Shown piece by piece: positions 47,723 to 57,744 of a DNA stretch of 64,000 bases (position 1 is its first letter; each line of letters starts with the position of its first letter). The DNA is from an uncultured cyanobacterium (lineage in GTDB: Bacteria; Cyanobacteriota; Cyanobacteriia; CAKZMO01). Under the pieces are notes generated by a model, which was not told the origin of the DNA, ran no database searches, and saw nothing but the letters and a program-made list of their open reading frames with translations. The stretch is taken from assembly GCA_963719515.1 (NCBI GenBank), contig CAVRCJ010000015.1:100435-164434 (forward strand). Direction: 5' to 3'. The position numbers and the translations under genes are program-made.

Positions 47723-48439
47723 GTGACGCCCGTGACCTCGACTTCGCCCACTCCTCCTGCAATTCAGCGCCGGAAATCTCTCTACGAGCAGGTCTATAGC
47801 GCCCTGCGCCTCGGAATTTTGACGGGTGAGTTCGCGCCGGGCAGTCGTCTCATTGAAACTCAGCTGACGGACTGGTTTAAGGTGAGCCGTACCCCGCTGC
47901 GAGAGGCCCTGCGGCAGCTGCAAAAGGAAGGGTTAGTCACAGCAGACACCAGCGGCCTGCAGGTGACCACGATTTCGGCCACTGATGCGGTGGAGCTATA
48001 CGACTGCCGCCTGGTGCTAGAGAAGCTTTCAGTCGCTGGCGCTTGCGATCGCGCTAGTGAACAGCAGCTCAAGTCTTTGGAGCAGTACGTGATTCAGGCA
48101 GAAGCCCGTAATCCGCAAGAGTCTGACGCGCAAACGCTACGGCTGCTGCTGGATTTGGACTATCAGTTTCACCATCTAATTGCCGAAAGCTCAGGCAACC
48201 GACGGCTTGTCTCGCTGCTAGACCAGCTCTTCGACGCCATGGCGCTGCTGCGAATTCAGACCCTGCAGCAAAATCCATCGGTGCTGGATATCCGGCTTGA
48301 GCATCGCCAGGTCTATGAGGCGATCGCCCGGAGAGATGCCCCCACCGCGATCGCGACCATACAGCTTCATCTGCTGGCGAGCAAGGGGCGCGTTGTCAAG
48401 CAGCTGCAGTCTGTTTCTGAGCCGTATCCGCAGGTCTAG
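47723..48439 (+). CDS. GntR family regulator (FCD domain)
   Basis: VSRTPLREALRQL HTH, D.QFH..I...SGN and EH. Confidence 0.92.
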   Translation: MTPVTSTSPTPPAIQRRKSLYEQVYSALRLGILTGEFAPGSRLIETQLTDWFKVSRTPLREALRQLQKEGLVTADTSGLQVTTISATDAVELYDCRLVLEKLSVAGACDRASEQQLKSLEQYVIQAEARNPQESDAQTLRLLLDLDYQFHHLIAESSGNRRLVSLLDQLFDAMALLRIQTLQQNPSVLDIRLEHRQVYEAIARRDAPTAIATIQLHLLASKGRVVKQLQSVSEPYPQV

Positions 48440-48567
48440 CTTTGGCCACATTGCCGATGCAGCGTCAGGCTTTCAGCTGATTCTGGTGTCCTCAGCAACT
48501 GACCCAATGCAATAGCGCTGTGCCCAGCAAATCTGTGCCGACAAAACCGAATTTAATGGCTAAAATA

Positions 48568-48581
48568 GTATCTAAAGATAC
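48568..48581 (+). promoter_or_regulatory. NtcA-type box next to TAAAAT
   Basis: GTAtctaaagaTAC, with TAAAAT at 48561-48566. Confidence 0.55.
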
Positions 48582-48606
48582 AGTTTTAATTCCGAGCTAG
48601 ACCACA

Positions 48607-48843
48607 GTGCCACATCAATTTTCATCTGCCCCGTCCCACTCTTCTCAGCCCGCGCTCAAGCAAGTCCTCCAGGCAAAGTGGCGAGCCATCACAGCCTTCA
48701 TGGTGCATCGCCCTCAGCCCTCAGCCCAAACTCCCGATATTTCTGCAGATCAGCGCTACAGCAGTAAGGCTGACCGCTACCCCTATCTTCCCGCCATTGA
48801 AGAGAAGCGCGATTGGCTAGAGCGGGCCTACCGGCAGCGGTAA
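48607..48843 (+). CDS. Small hypothetical protein
   Basis: 78-aa ORF with its own promoter-like elements and a downstream terminator. Confidence 0.5.
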   Translation: MPHQFSSAPSHSSQPALKQVLQAKWRAITAFMVHRPQPSAQTPDISADQRYSSKADRYPYLPAIEEKRDWLERAYRQR

Positions 48844-48884
48844 GTGAGCGATCGCCGCCTGCTTATTCTTTACGTCTCAGCGGC

Positions 48885-48926
48885 AAAAGCGTCCCTTGGA
48901 TCTACCGATTCAAGGGACGCTTTTTT
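48885..48926. terminator. Intrinsic terminator
   Basis: aaaagcgtcccttg...caagggacgctttttt. Confidence 0.8.
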
Positions 48927-49143
48927 GTGGATCGCCACTGCTGGTACCTTGGGGTATGCCTTGTGAGAGAACAGTGTCTCCATCGCCTGAGCGATGTACC
49001 CTGCAGCAACGCCCTCAGGACAAGCCATCTGGTCCAAAATGCTGTACGACGTAGGCCGCATAGCGCGCAGAGGTGCCGCCCCGTTAAGCCCGCTGGCCGT
49101 CAGGAAAAACTGTAGTGCTGGGCACAATCGAATACTCTTCTAA

Positions 49144-49158
49144 TGCATACAGTATACA
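49144..49158. promoter_or_regulatory. GntR-type operator 2
   Basis: TGCATACAGTATACA upstream of the permease. Confidence 0.72.
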
Positions 49159-49236
49159 GATTCGTATGCACCTGCTGTGGAGCGATCGCTCCATGGAGTA
49201 AGCCCCTAAGCCAGAGTAATTCCCTGGAGGATATCG

Positions 49237-50679
49237 ATGACTCAGCCCGACACTCAGCCTAACGTAGAGCTTCAGCAAAAGCCGCCCGACTCTCCGCCGC
49301 CCTATTCGGGATGGCAGGGGGCGATCGCCAACTACTTCGACTTTGCCCACCACAAGACTAACTTCCGCACCGAAATCCTGGCCGGGTTGACCACCTTTAT
49401 GACCATGGCCTACATCTTAGTGGTGCATCCGCTGATTATGTCAGATGCGGTATTTCTGCAGGAGTCCGGCGATCTGTTTAGAGAACTCGTCGTCGTGACG
49501 GGTATCTCTGCCGCTATCGGCACCTTAGTGATGGGGCTCTACGCAAAGTATCCGTTTGTGCAGGCCCCCGGCATGGGCACCAATGCCTTTTTCGCCTACT
49601 CCGTCGTACTAGGGCTAGGCATTGACTGGCGCGTTGCCCTAGCCTGCGTGCTCGTTGAAGGCCTTATCTTTATTGCCCTCACCGTTACCGACGTGCGCCG
49701 CCATCTGATTGCCGCCGTCCCCAGCTGCATCAAAGCCTCTACGACGGTGGGCATCGGCATGTTCTTGGCCTACATCGGGTTGAGCGGCGACCCGGCAATT
49801 GGGGGAGCGGGGTTGATCGTCGCTAACGAAGTGACGAAAACAGCCTTTGGCAGCTTCCGAGAGCCTGCCACTCTGCTCGCCACCTTCGGCATTTTGATCT
49901 CAGCGCTGTTTATTATCAGACGCATCAAGGGGGCGCTGCTGTGGGGCATTGGGGGCACGGCCATCTTGGGCTGGGTCTTTGGGGTCGCTCAAGCCCCTAG
50001 CGGTATCGTGGCCATTCCCGCCTTCCCCTCCAATCTTTTTGGTCAGGCGTTTGTGGGGCTAGGCGGCATCAACGGCAGCAACATCATCGATTTTCTTGCC
50101 GTGCTCTTGGTTTTCCTATTTGTGGATATGTTCGACACCATCGGCACCCTGATGGGAGTGGGCACACAGGCTGGCTACATCGACGAGCAGGGAGAACTGC
50201 CTCGGGCCAACCAGGCGCTGTCTGCCGATGCGATCGCCACCACTGCCGGGGCAATTATGGGCACCTCTACCGTCACCACCTTTGCTGAATCTGCCGCTGG
50301 GGTCTCCGAGGGCGGACGCACCGGGCTGACGGCGGTTGTGGCTGGCGCTATGTTTATAGTGGCCCTGCTGTTTGTGCCCATTTTTGAGGCGGTGCCTGCT
50401 TTTGCGACCGCCCCCGCCCTGCTCATTGTTGGGGTACTGATGATGTCCAGCGTCAGCAGCATCCGCTGGGGCGATTTGACGGAAGCAATTCCGGCTTTCG
50501 TCACCATGTTCTTTATCCCCTTAGGTTTTTCTATCGCCGCTGGCCTGTCTGCAGGTCTCATTCTCTATCCCTTCGCCAAGCTGGTTGCCGGACGCTCCCG
50601 TGAGATTCCGGTGATTACCTGGGCACTAGCCGCCATCTTCATCTTTAGGTTTGCATTCGAGTCCCTTCGATTCGGTTGA
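49237..50679 (+). CDS. NCS2/AzgA-type purine permease
   Basis: EILAGLTTFMTMAYI, APGMG.NAFF, DMFDTIGT and ESAAGV.EGGRTGLT. Confidence 0.92.
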   Translation: MTQPDTQPNVELQQKPPDSPPPYSGWQGAIANYFDFAHHKTNFRTEILAGLTTFMTMAYILVVHPLIMSDAVFLQESGDLFRELVVVTGISAAIGTLVMGLYAKYPFVQAPGMGTNAFFAYSVVLGLGIDWRVALACVLVEGLIFIALTVTDVRRHLIAAVPSCIKASTTVGIGMFLAYIGLSGDPAIGGAGLIVANEVTKTAFGSFREPATLLATFGILISALFIIRRIKGALLWGIGGTAILGWVFGVAQAPSGIVAIPAFPSNLFGQAFVGLGGINGSNIIDFLAVLLVFLFVDMFDTIGTLMGVGTQAGYIDEQGELPRANQALSADAIATTAGAIMGTSTVTTFAESAAGVSEGGRTGLTAVVAGAMFIVALLFVPIFEAVPAFATAPALLIVGVLMMSSVSSIRWGDLTEAIPAFVTMFFIPLGFSIAAGLSAGLILYPFAKLVAGRSREIPVITWALAAIFIFRFAFESLRFG

Positions 50680-50872
50680 GTTGATTAGATCCCTGCAGGG
50701 CAATGCCTTCCGGCGCTGATGAATCAAAGTGCGAGTTTGTTGCCTGTAGGGGCATGGCGGTGCTACATCCCTACAGGCATGCTCCCCAATCAACACCGTC
50801 CTCCCCTGGCAGCCAGAACAGTTGCCCCTATAGTGGAATGCCTGCCAAGGCGAATGCAGCATTTCCAAAAAA

Positions 50873-50887
50873 TGTATACAGTATACA
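50873..50887. promoter_or_regulatory. GntR-type operator 3 (perfect palindrome)
   Basis: TGTATACAGTATACA. Confidence 0.78.
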
Positions 50888-50912
50888 AGTCGCTCCTCAA
50901 GGCTAGGCCCTC

Positions 50913-51974
50913 ATGCTAGTTACCCAACAGCCCACATTTCGCCGCTTCTGGTATCCCGTCATCCTTTGCTCGCAGTTGACCGATGGTCCCCAGGCCTTTG
51001 AGCTGCTGGGGGAGCCCCTGGTGCTATGGCTAGATCAGCATGGCCAGCCGACGGCAATGCGCGATCGCTGCTGTCACCGCACCGCAAAGCTCTCCCTCGG
51101 CAAAGTCGAGCGAGGCCGCATCTGTTGCCCGTATCACGGCTGGGAGTTTGGCTCCGATGGGGCCTGCGTGCGGGTGCCCCAGCTCGACGCCGGCTGCGCC
51201 ATCCCGGCGAACTATGCCGTTGACGCCTATCGCTGCGCTGAGCGCTACGGCTACGTTTGGGTGTGTTTGGGAGATCCCCTAATCGACATCCCCACTATCG
51301 CCGAGGCCGATAACCCGAGCTACCGGCTGATTCACGAGTTTTATGAGCCTTGGCAATGCGCTGGGCTGCGGGTGATGGAAAACGAGCTGGATCTGGCCCA
51401 CCCCACCTTTGTCCATACCCAAACCTTTGGCAGTGAAGATCACCCCACGCCCGACAAGCTGGAAATCACCGAAAGCGACTGGGGAATCCACGTCCACGGG
51501 ATGCTGGGGGTAGTCAACCCAGAGCAGCAGCGGCAAAACCTAAACATGGCGGACGAGCAGACGATGCGCACTCTGGATATGGACTGGTTCATGCCTTTCA
51601 CCATCAAGCTCAAGATTACCTACCCCAACGGCCTAGAGCACATTGTGGTAAACACCATGACGCCCATCAGCGATCGCGTCTCCCAAATGGTGCAGTTTTG
51701 CGTCCGCAACGACAGCGAGGACGACACTCCCGCTGCAGATGCGATCGCCTTTGACCGGGCCGTCACCCTAGAAGACAAGCGGATTCTAGAGTCTACTGAC
51801 TACGATGTGCCCCTCAGCCCCAGCCGAGAGGAGCATATGTTTACCGACCGGCCGGGCATCATGATTCGTAAAAAGGTGGCGGCGCTGCTGAAAGCCCATG
51901 GTGAGGTGGAGCAAACTAAGTCTGCGGGCTCCCACTCCGCTAGCGCCCAAAGCCCGGCGGCACAGCTGGTATGA
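50913..51974 (+). CDS. Rieske non-heme iron oxygenase, possibly HpxD-like purine hydroxylase
   Basis: CCHR...CPYHGW Rieske site. Mononuclear Fe site EN.LD.AH..FVH and ED. Purine gene context. Confidence 0.85.
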   Translation: MLVTQQPTFRRFWYPVILCSQLTDGPQAFELLGEPLVLWLDQHGQPTAMRDRCCHRTAKLSLGKVERGRICCPYHGWEFGSDGACVRVPQLDAGCAIPANYAVDAYRCAERYGYVWVCLGDPLIDIPTIAEADNPSYRLIHEFYEPWQCAGLRVMENELDLAHPTFVHTQTFGSEDHPTPDKLEITESDWGIHVHGMLGVVNPEQQRQNLNMADEQTMRTLDMDWFMPFTIKLKITYPNGLEHIVVNTMTPISDRVSQMVQFCVRNDSEDDTPAADAIAFDRAVTLEDKRILESTDYDVPLSPSREEHMFTDRPGIMIRKKVAALLKAHGEVEQTKSAGSHSASAQSPAAQLV

Positions 51975-52196
51975 TGCGATCTCGCAAAGTCTGTCCAGTG
52001 ACCTGATTTGGGCGCAAACCAGGACTTACGCAAAATTCTATCGGCTGTTACCCTGACCGCGCCGCTCCCTTTGAGGTCTTTGGTGTTGGCAGAGCGGTAG
52101 TGGACGCTGGAGACGGGGGGGGCAATGCTCTCCTTAGTCACGTTGTGTGAGTCCCGCAAACGCAAGCAGTAAGCTCTAGACTTTAGTCACAAGAAT

Positions 52197-52211
52197 TGTA
52201 TACAGTACACA
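52197..52211. promoter_or_regulatory. GntR-type operator 4
   Basis: TGTATACAGTACACA. Confidence 0.72.
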
Positions 52212-52340
52212 ATATACAGCCTGCTCGCGAGGTCGTTTGGCCTCAGTAGCGCAGGTATCGGTCTTGAAAACGGCTTCCCCTTAGACTTCGGCTACGGCGA
52301 CGCTGTGGTTCGTCCCCATCTATCAACTCCCCGCAGGCCT

Positions 52341-53387
52341 ATGCAGCTTAAAAAACTCGAACTGGAAAAATCTCCCCTATTTCTTGTCGCGCCTTTCTTC
52401 TTTCTAGGGACGGCGATGGTGGCGATGAAATATATCCTGCCCCATACATCGCCTCTATTTTTGGCCGCGTTTCGTCTGCTGCCGGCGGGTTTGCTGACGC
52501 TGGCGGTCGCCGCCCTGCTCAAGCTGCCCCAGCCTAGAACCTGGCGCGCCTGGCTTTGGATTGCGCTATTTGCCCTGGTAGATGGCGCATTATTTCAAGG
52601 GCTTTTGACGACGGGGCTTGTGCATACGGGAGCGGGGATTGGCGCGGTCTTAATTGACGCCCAGCCTCTAGTGGTGGCGCTCTTGGCCCGCATCCTGTTT
52701 GGCAATTTGATTGGGCTGTGGGGCTGGCTGGGACTAGCCATTGGTATCGCGGGCATTAGCCTGTGCGGGCTTCCGTCCGACTGGATCTATGGCCTGTGGG
52801 ACAGTGGCCTTTCGCTGAAGTCATTATCCGGGCTGACGATGGGCGGGGGCGCAGGGGCAGCGGCCCTGCTGCAAAGCGGTGAATTTCTCATGCTGCTGGC
52901 GGCGCTGTCGATGTCGGCGGGCACCGTCCTTATGGGCTACGTCAAGCGCCACGCCGATCCGATTGTCGCGACTGGATGGCATATGATCTTAGGGGGCATC
53001 CCGCTGGCGGTGCTGTCGGCGTTGTGGGAACCCTACCCGATTGATAACCTGCTGGTGAGCGACTGGATGGGGCTGCTCTACGCCACGGTGTTTGGCACGG
53101 CCCTAACCTACGGCATGTTCTTTTACCTGACGGCTAGCGGCAACATGACCAGCGTCAGCGCGCTGATTTTCCTGACCCCTGTTTTTGCTCTGCTGTTTAG
53201 CAGCCTCTTTTTAGGGGAGCAGCTGACCAATCTGCAGTGGGGCGGGGTGATGCTGACGCTGGTGAGCGTCTATTTAGTCAATCAGCGGGAGCAGGTTGAG
53301 GCGGCGATCGCAAACTGGACCCGAGCTTCACCGGGCGGTGCCGTGGAGACCGTTGCCTCGGGCGCTGAGCCCGACGGTGATGGCTGA
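52341..53387 (+). CDS. EamA/DMT family transporter
   Basis: Two EamA repeats, about 10 TM helices, LIDAQPL and FLTPVFA..LGE. Confidence 0.88.
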   Translation: MQLKKLELEKSPLFLVAPFFFLGTAMVAMKYILPHTSPLFLAAFRLLPAGLLTLAVAALLKLPQPRTWRAWLWIALFALVDGALFQGLLTTGLVHTGAGIGAVLIDAQPLVVALLARILFGNLIGLWGWLGLAIGIAGISLCGLPSDWIYGLWDSGLSLKSLSGLTMGGGAGAAALLQSGEFLMLLAALSMSAGTVLMGYVKRHADPIVATGWHMILGGIPLAVLSALWEPYPIDNLLVSDWMGLLYATVFGTALTYGMFFYLTASGNMTSVSALIFLTPVFALLFSSLFLGEQLTNLQWGGVMLTLVSVYLVNQREQVEAAIANWTRASPGGAVETVASGAEPDGDG

Positions 53388-53490
53388 ATCTAATGGCAAG
53401 GATAGGGCGCTGCCATAGCCCTACGGAATGCACGCCTAAATCCGCAGTGCCCCGTTTTTCACGACGTAATTTTTTTAGGAGAAAATTGAC

Positions 53491-53823
53491 ATGATGCGTA
53501 AACTTTTGGCCACAGCCCTGGCGGTCTGTCTTGCAGTAGGCACCCTCGCGTCTCTACCGGCGATCGCTGGCGAGGCCTATAGCCAGTCCCCCGTCAGTCA
53601 GGCAGCAGGCAACCAGTCCTACCCTCCTCAGTCGGGCTACGACAGAATGAAAAACTCCAGCGACAATGGCTACGTCAATGACTACGCCGACAAGCAGTCA
53701 AATCAAGCTAAGCCTCAAGAGAAACAGTCCAACCAGACGGGCGCGGCTAAAAAGCAGTACGCCCAGCAAAAGCAGTACACCCAGCAAAAGCAGGGTAGTC
53801 CACAAAAGCAGTATCAGCAGTAG
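53491..53823 (+). CDS. Small secreted Gln/Lys/Tyr-rich protein
   Basis: AGGAG SD, Sec signal ending AIA, and KQY.QQ repeats. Confidence 0.7.
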   Translation: MMRKLLATALAVCLAVGTLASLPAIAGEAYSQSPVSQAAGNQSYPPQSGYDRMKNSSDNGYVNDYADKQSNQAKPQEKQSNQTGAAKKQYAQQKQYTQQKQGSPQKQYQQ

Positions 53824-53833
53824 GTCTAACTCA

Positions 53834-55189
53834 ATGGTCTCCTTGCAAAATCAATCTTCAACAGAGCAGCTTGCAATTCGCGGGTCTTTCTTAGATTTTG
53901 TGGGAGACCCCTTCTATTGCCCGGCAGCGGAGAGCGTTCGCTACGTAGCCGACGGTCTCCTGGTGCTGGAGCAGGGCAAAATTAAGGCCTTTGGCCCCTA
54001 CGATGCGCTAAACGCTGAGTACGGAAGCCTGCCAACGACGGCCTACCCAGAACGGCTGATTGTGCCGGGGTTTATCGATACCCACGTTCACTATCCCCAA
54101 ACGGGGATGATTGCCGCCTACGGGGAACAGCTTTTAGAGTGGCTAGACCAATACATCTTTCCTACAGAGGAGAAGTTTCAGGATAAGGACTACGCCAGAG
54201 ACGTCGCCGAACGCTTCTTAGACCAGCTGCTCAGCAACGGCACCACCACGGCGCTGGTGTTTGCGACGGTGTTTCCCCAGTCTGTGGACGCCTTTTTTGA
54301 AGCGGCTGAGGCTCGCAGCCTCTGCATGATTGCCGGCAAGGTGATGATGGATCGCAACGCGCCAGCGTCGGTATGCGATACCGCAGACTCCGCCTATGAA
54401 GAAACCAAGGCGCTGATTCAAAAGTGGCACAAGAAAGGGCGACTGCGCTACGCCGTGACGCCTCGCTTTGCCATCACCTCAACTGACGCCCAGCTGCAGC
54501 GGGCGGGAGAGCTGCTGAAGGAGTTCCCAGATGTGTATCTGCACACGCACCTCTCAGAGAACGTCAAAGAGGTAGAGCGGGTGCAAGAGCTTTTTCCAGA
54601 CTGCGAGGGCTATTTGGACACCTACGACCAGGCCGGACTCGTGAAGGAGCGCTCAGTGTTTGCCCATGGCGTCCATTTGAGCGATCGCGAATTTCAGCGG
54701 CTGTCGGAGGCCAAAAGTGCGATCGCCTTTTGCCCGACCTCAAATCTGTTTTTGGGCAGCGGCCTGTTTAAGCTTGAGCAGGCAAAATCAGCCGAGCATC
54801 CCGTCAAAGTTGGCTTAGGGACAGACGTCGGGGCGGGGACGAGCTTTTCCATCCTGCAAACCATCAACGAGGCCTACAAAGTCGCGCAGCTGCGACAGCA
54901 AAAGCTGTCCCCCTTCAAAGCTCTATTTCTGGCGACTTTGGGGGGCGCAAAGGCGCTGTGCCTGGAGGACAGTCTCGGTAATTTTGAGGTGGGGAAGGAG
55001 GCCGACTTTATTGTGCTCAACCCGAGGGCCACCCCCCTGATGGCGCTGCGCAACGGCCCAGAGGTTCCGGCTACGCTGGGCGAGCTGAGCGATCGCGTTT
55101 TTGCGCTGATGATGATGGGAGATGACCGCGCGGTTGAGGCGGCGTATATTTTGGGGGAGTTGGCCTACGCAAAGCCGCCTACTGAATAG
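53834..55189 (+). CDS. guaD: Guanine deaminase
   Basis: PGFIDTHVHYPQ, TPRFA, HTHLSEN, AHGVH and GTDVGAG. Confidence 0.95.
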   Translation: MVSLQNQSSTEQLAIRGSFLDFVGDPFYCPAAESVRYVADGLLVLEQGKIKAFGPYDALNAEYGSLPTTAYPERLIVPGFIDTHVHYPQTGMIAAYGEQLLEWLDQYIFPTEEKFQDKDYARDVAERFLDQLLSNGTTTALVFATVFPQSVDAFFEAAEARSLCMIAGKVMMDRNAPASVCDTADSAYEETKALIQKWHKKGRLRYAVTPRFAITSTDAQLQRAGELLKEFPDVYLHTHLSENVKEVERVQELFPDCEGYLDTYDQAGLVKERSVFAHGVHLSDREFQRLSEAKSAIAFCPTSNLFLGSGLFKLEQAKSAEHPVKVGLGTDVGAGTSFSILQTINEAYKVAQLRQQKLSPFKALFLATLGGAKALCLEDSLGNFEVGKEADFIVLNPRATPLMALRNGPEVPATLGELSDRVFALMMMGDDRAVEAAYILGELAYAKPPTE

Positions 55190-55263
55190 AGCATTTGCAG
55201 GGCCATGACAGCGCCATGGCCTCCCCCTAAGTCATCAGCGCCGAAACGCTTTCCTACAGCGGG

Positions 55264-56997
55264 TTAATAGTAGTTCCCTACCTTGCGGTGATGGACCGCC
55301 GTCATCGCCTCCGGCTTCGACACCTTACCCGTGTGCACCGTGCTGTAGACAATCCAGTGGTCGCTGCACTCCATGCGGCTCGACACCTCACACTCCAGGT
55401 AGGCCAGCGCATCCGACAAGATGGGCGAGCCATTTTCCGCCTGACGCGTCTTGACGCCCTCAAAGCGATCGCCCCCCGGCGGGAACCGCTTCAGGAAGTG
55501 CTTCATCAGCAGCTGATAGTTGTCTTCTTCTAAGATGTTGAGCACGAAGCGATCGCCCACCTGCATCAGAGATTCGATGGCCCGGTCTTTGGCGACCGAC
55601 ACGGTGAAGCCCAGCGGCTCGAAGCTCGCCTGGGATACCCAGGAGGCCAGCATCGCGCCGTTGAGTTCGCCCTTCTGGGCGGTGAGGATGTACAGCCCGC
55701 TGCTGATGCGGCCCAGAGCTTTTTCTAGCTCGTTGTCAATGGCCTTGACCTTTTGAGCTTTGTCCTTTTGGGTCAACAGCTGGCCTAGGTCGGTGCCCGA
55801 CTCTTCGCAAGCCTGGTAGGTGATGTCGGTGGGGGTGTCCTTGATGCGGATGGCGGGGAAGCCCTGCTTGAGCCCCGCGTTGGTGAAGCGGTTTACCAGC
55901 GGGTCCACCGGCTCGTCGTCGCCGCCGTAGCATTCAAATAGGCCCACCACCTGCTTGGCTTTCACCGCCGCTAGAATGGTGCTCACCGCAGCCTGAGCTT
56001 CGCTGGTGAAGGGGCCAGACGCTGGAGGGGTGGCAATTACAATCGCCGCCACGTGGCTCACCAGCTCGTTCACCGCCTGGGGGTCGGCGGACTTGAGGTC
56101 CATCATTTCTACCGCCACGCCGGTTTTGGTGATGCCCCGGGCGATGGCCTGAGAGAGGCGATCGCTGTAGCCGTAGTCGGAGACGTAGAACACTGCCGCC
56201 GTGGTTTCGGCCTTGGCCTTGGCTTCGCTCCAGCTTTTGTAGCGCCCGGTGAGTTCCGCGACGTTGTGCTTCAGCAGCGGCCCGTGGCCCGTGGCGATTT
56301 GCTCAACGTCCCCGCTCAGCTTGCTCATCCGCTTCATGGCGCTGAGCACCGAGCGGGCGTTGGGGGCCATGAGGCATTGATAGTAGAAGTGGAAGTCGGC
56401 CTCAATGGCCTTGAGGTCGTCGTCGTAGGTGGCGTCGCTGCAGTAGTGGAGGCCAAAGGCGTCACAGGTGAAGAGGATCTGCGTCTTGGCGTCGTAGGTG
56501 AAGATGGTGTCGGGCCAGTGGAGGTTGGGGGCGCTGACGAATTCTAGGACGTGGCCGTTGCCCAGATCTAAGGTGTCGCCGCTTTTCACCTGCATCCGCT
56601 CGAAGGGCTGATGTACCAGGTTTTCTAAGAAGGCGATCGCCACCTTTGCGCCCACAATCGTGGCGTTGGGGGCCAGCTCCAACATGTCTTTCACCAGGCC
56701 GCTGTGGTCCGGTTCGGTGTGGCTAATAATGATGTAGTCGATTTCGGCGGGGTCGATGAGGCCCTTGAGCACGCCTAAGTAGAGCTCGCGGAACTTGGCG
56801 TGGGAGGTGTCGACAAGGGCGGTCTTTTCGCCACGAATCAAAAAGGAGTTGTAGGTGGTGCCGTTCTGCAGCCCGAACTCAATGTCGAAGCGATCGCGGT
56901 CCCAGTCGAGGGAGCGGATGGTGGTGGTGTCGGGGGCAATCTCGGCGGTTTGGGTAGTGAGGCGCTTTTGGGCGGGTGCAGCCGTGACCATGGGCAA
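55264..56997 (-). CDS. flv3: Flavodiiron protein, Flv3/Flv4 class
   Basis: RSLDWDRDRFDIEF, canonical SHTEPDH, HWPD, CDAFG.H and a flavin reductase domain. Confidence 0.85.
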   Translation of the reverse strand: MPMVTAAPAQKRLTTQTAEIAPDTTTIRSLDWDRDRFDIEFGLQNGTTYNSFLIRGEKTALVDTSHAKFRELYLGVLKGLIDPAEIDYIIISHTEPDHSGLVKDMLELAPNATIVGAKVAIAFLENLVHQPFERMQVKSGDTLDLGNGHVLEFVSAPNLHWPDTIFTYDAKTQILFTCDAFGLHYCSDATYDDDLKAIEADFHFYYQCLMAPNARSVLSAMKRMSKLSGDVEQIATGHGPLLKHNVAELTGRYKSWSEAKAKAETTAAVFYVSDYGYSDRLSQAIARGITKTGVAVEMMDLKSADPQAVNELVSHVAAIVIATPPASGPFTSEAQAAVSTILAAVKAKQVVGLFECYGGDDEPVDPLVNRFTNAGLKQGFPAIRIKDTPTDITYQACEESGTDLGQLLTQKDKAQKVKAIDNELEKALGRISSGLYILTAQKGELNGAMLASWVSQASFEPLGFTVSVAKDRAIESLMQVGDRFVLNILEEDNYQLLMKHFLKRFPPGGDRFEGVKTRQAENGSPILSDALAYLECEVSSRMECSDHWIVYSTVHTGKVSKPEAMTAVHHRKVGNYY

Positions 56998-57169
56998 TCT
57001 CCTGCAGAATTTTTAAAGTTAAAGGGGCGTAGTTTAACAACATTTATGTTTCTTTATTATCCGATGTTCGGCCCGGTTAGTAAAGGTGGGGGTTTCATAA
57101 CCCAGCCGAAAGGGCGATCGCGTATCTCGGAGATGTTTCCTCTAATCTCTCCCTTCCTGGGTTAAGGGC

Positions 57170-57450
57170 TACGGCGCACAAACATCTTTGTTGAGAAGCC
57201 TACCCCCCTTAATCCCCCTGCGTCCGTAGGACGCGCTGCGCGAAAGCCAAGGAGGGAAAGCGCAGTCCTTCCCCTTAGCCTGCCGTATACACACATCTTG
57301 GCTGTGAGCCGTAAATGCTGCTTTAACCCCCTTAATCCCCCCTTGCCAAGGGTGGAAGCCACGGTCCTCTCCCTTGAGCTTTGGCGTCAGCCTGCCCGAA
57401 GGGCGTAGGGGAGTTAGAGGGGGTCAGACCTACTTGTGTGGGTTAAGGGG
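57170..57450. repeat. Nested MITE/REP-like repeats
   Basis: Two ccccttaatccccc..gccaagg units, the inverted ggggagttagaggggg, two c.gtatacacacatct-like ends and small hairpin inserts. Confidence 0.55.
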
Positions 57451-57468
57451 GAGAACTGAGAAGGGTGA

Positions 57469-57744
57469 TTACAGCGATCGAATGCGCATCAGGTAGGCCA
57501 GCGCCTGCCCTTCCCGGCGGCTGAGCCTCACGCCATCATCTCGAATATCCACGGGGCCGGTCCAGAGGGACTGCTCCACGGCATAGCGGTTGATGTGCAT
57601 TAGGTGTATGGTTTCGCGGAGGGCGGGCGGCGAGCCGATAATGATATGGCGCACTACTTCGCCATCGGGGGCGGGTGGGGTTTCGTCTAGGCGAAGCAGT
57701 GCCGCCTCGCGATCGAGGGGCTGGTCAGGGTATATAAATGTCAT
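57469..57744 (-). CDS. Small conserved cyanobacterial hypothetical protein
   Basis: RHIIIGSP.A...TIH.MH...YA..W motif. AAAGGA SD upstream. Confidence 0.7.
   Translation of the reverse strand: MTFIYPDQPLDREAALLRLDETPPAPDGEVVRHIIIGSPPALRETIHLMHINRYAVEQSLWTGPVDIRDDGVRLSRREGQALAYLMRIRSL

Noticed and set aside
53666..53833. Ser/Lys-rich N-terminal extension of GuaD
   Set aside because: Alternative frame of the upstream secreted-protein gene. GuaD starts at 53834.
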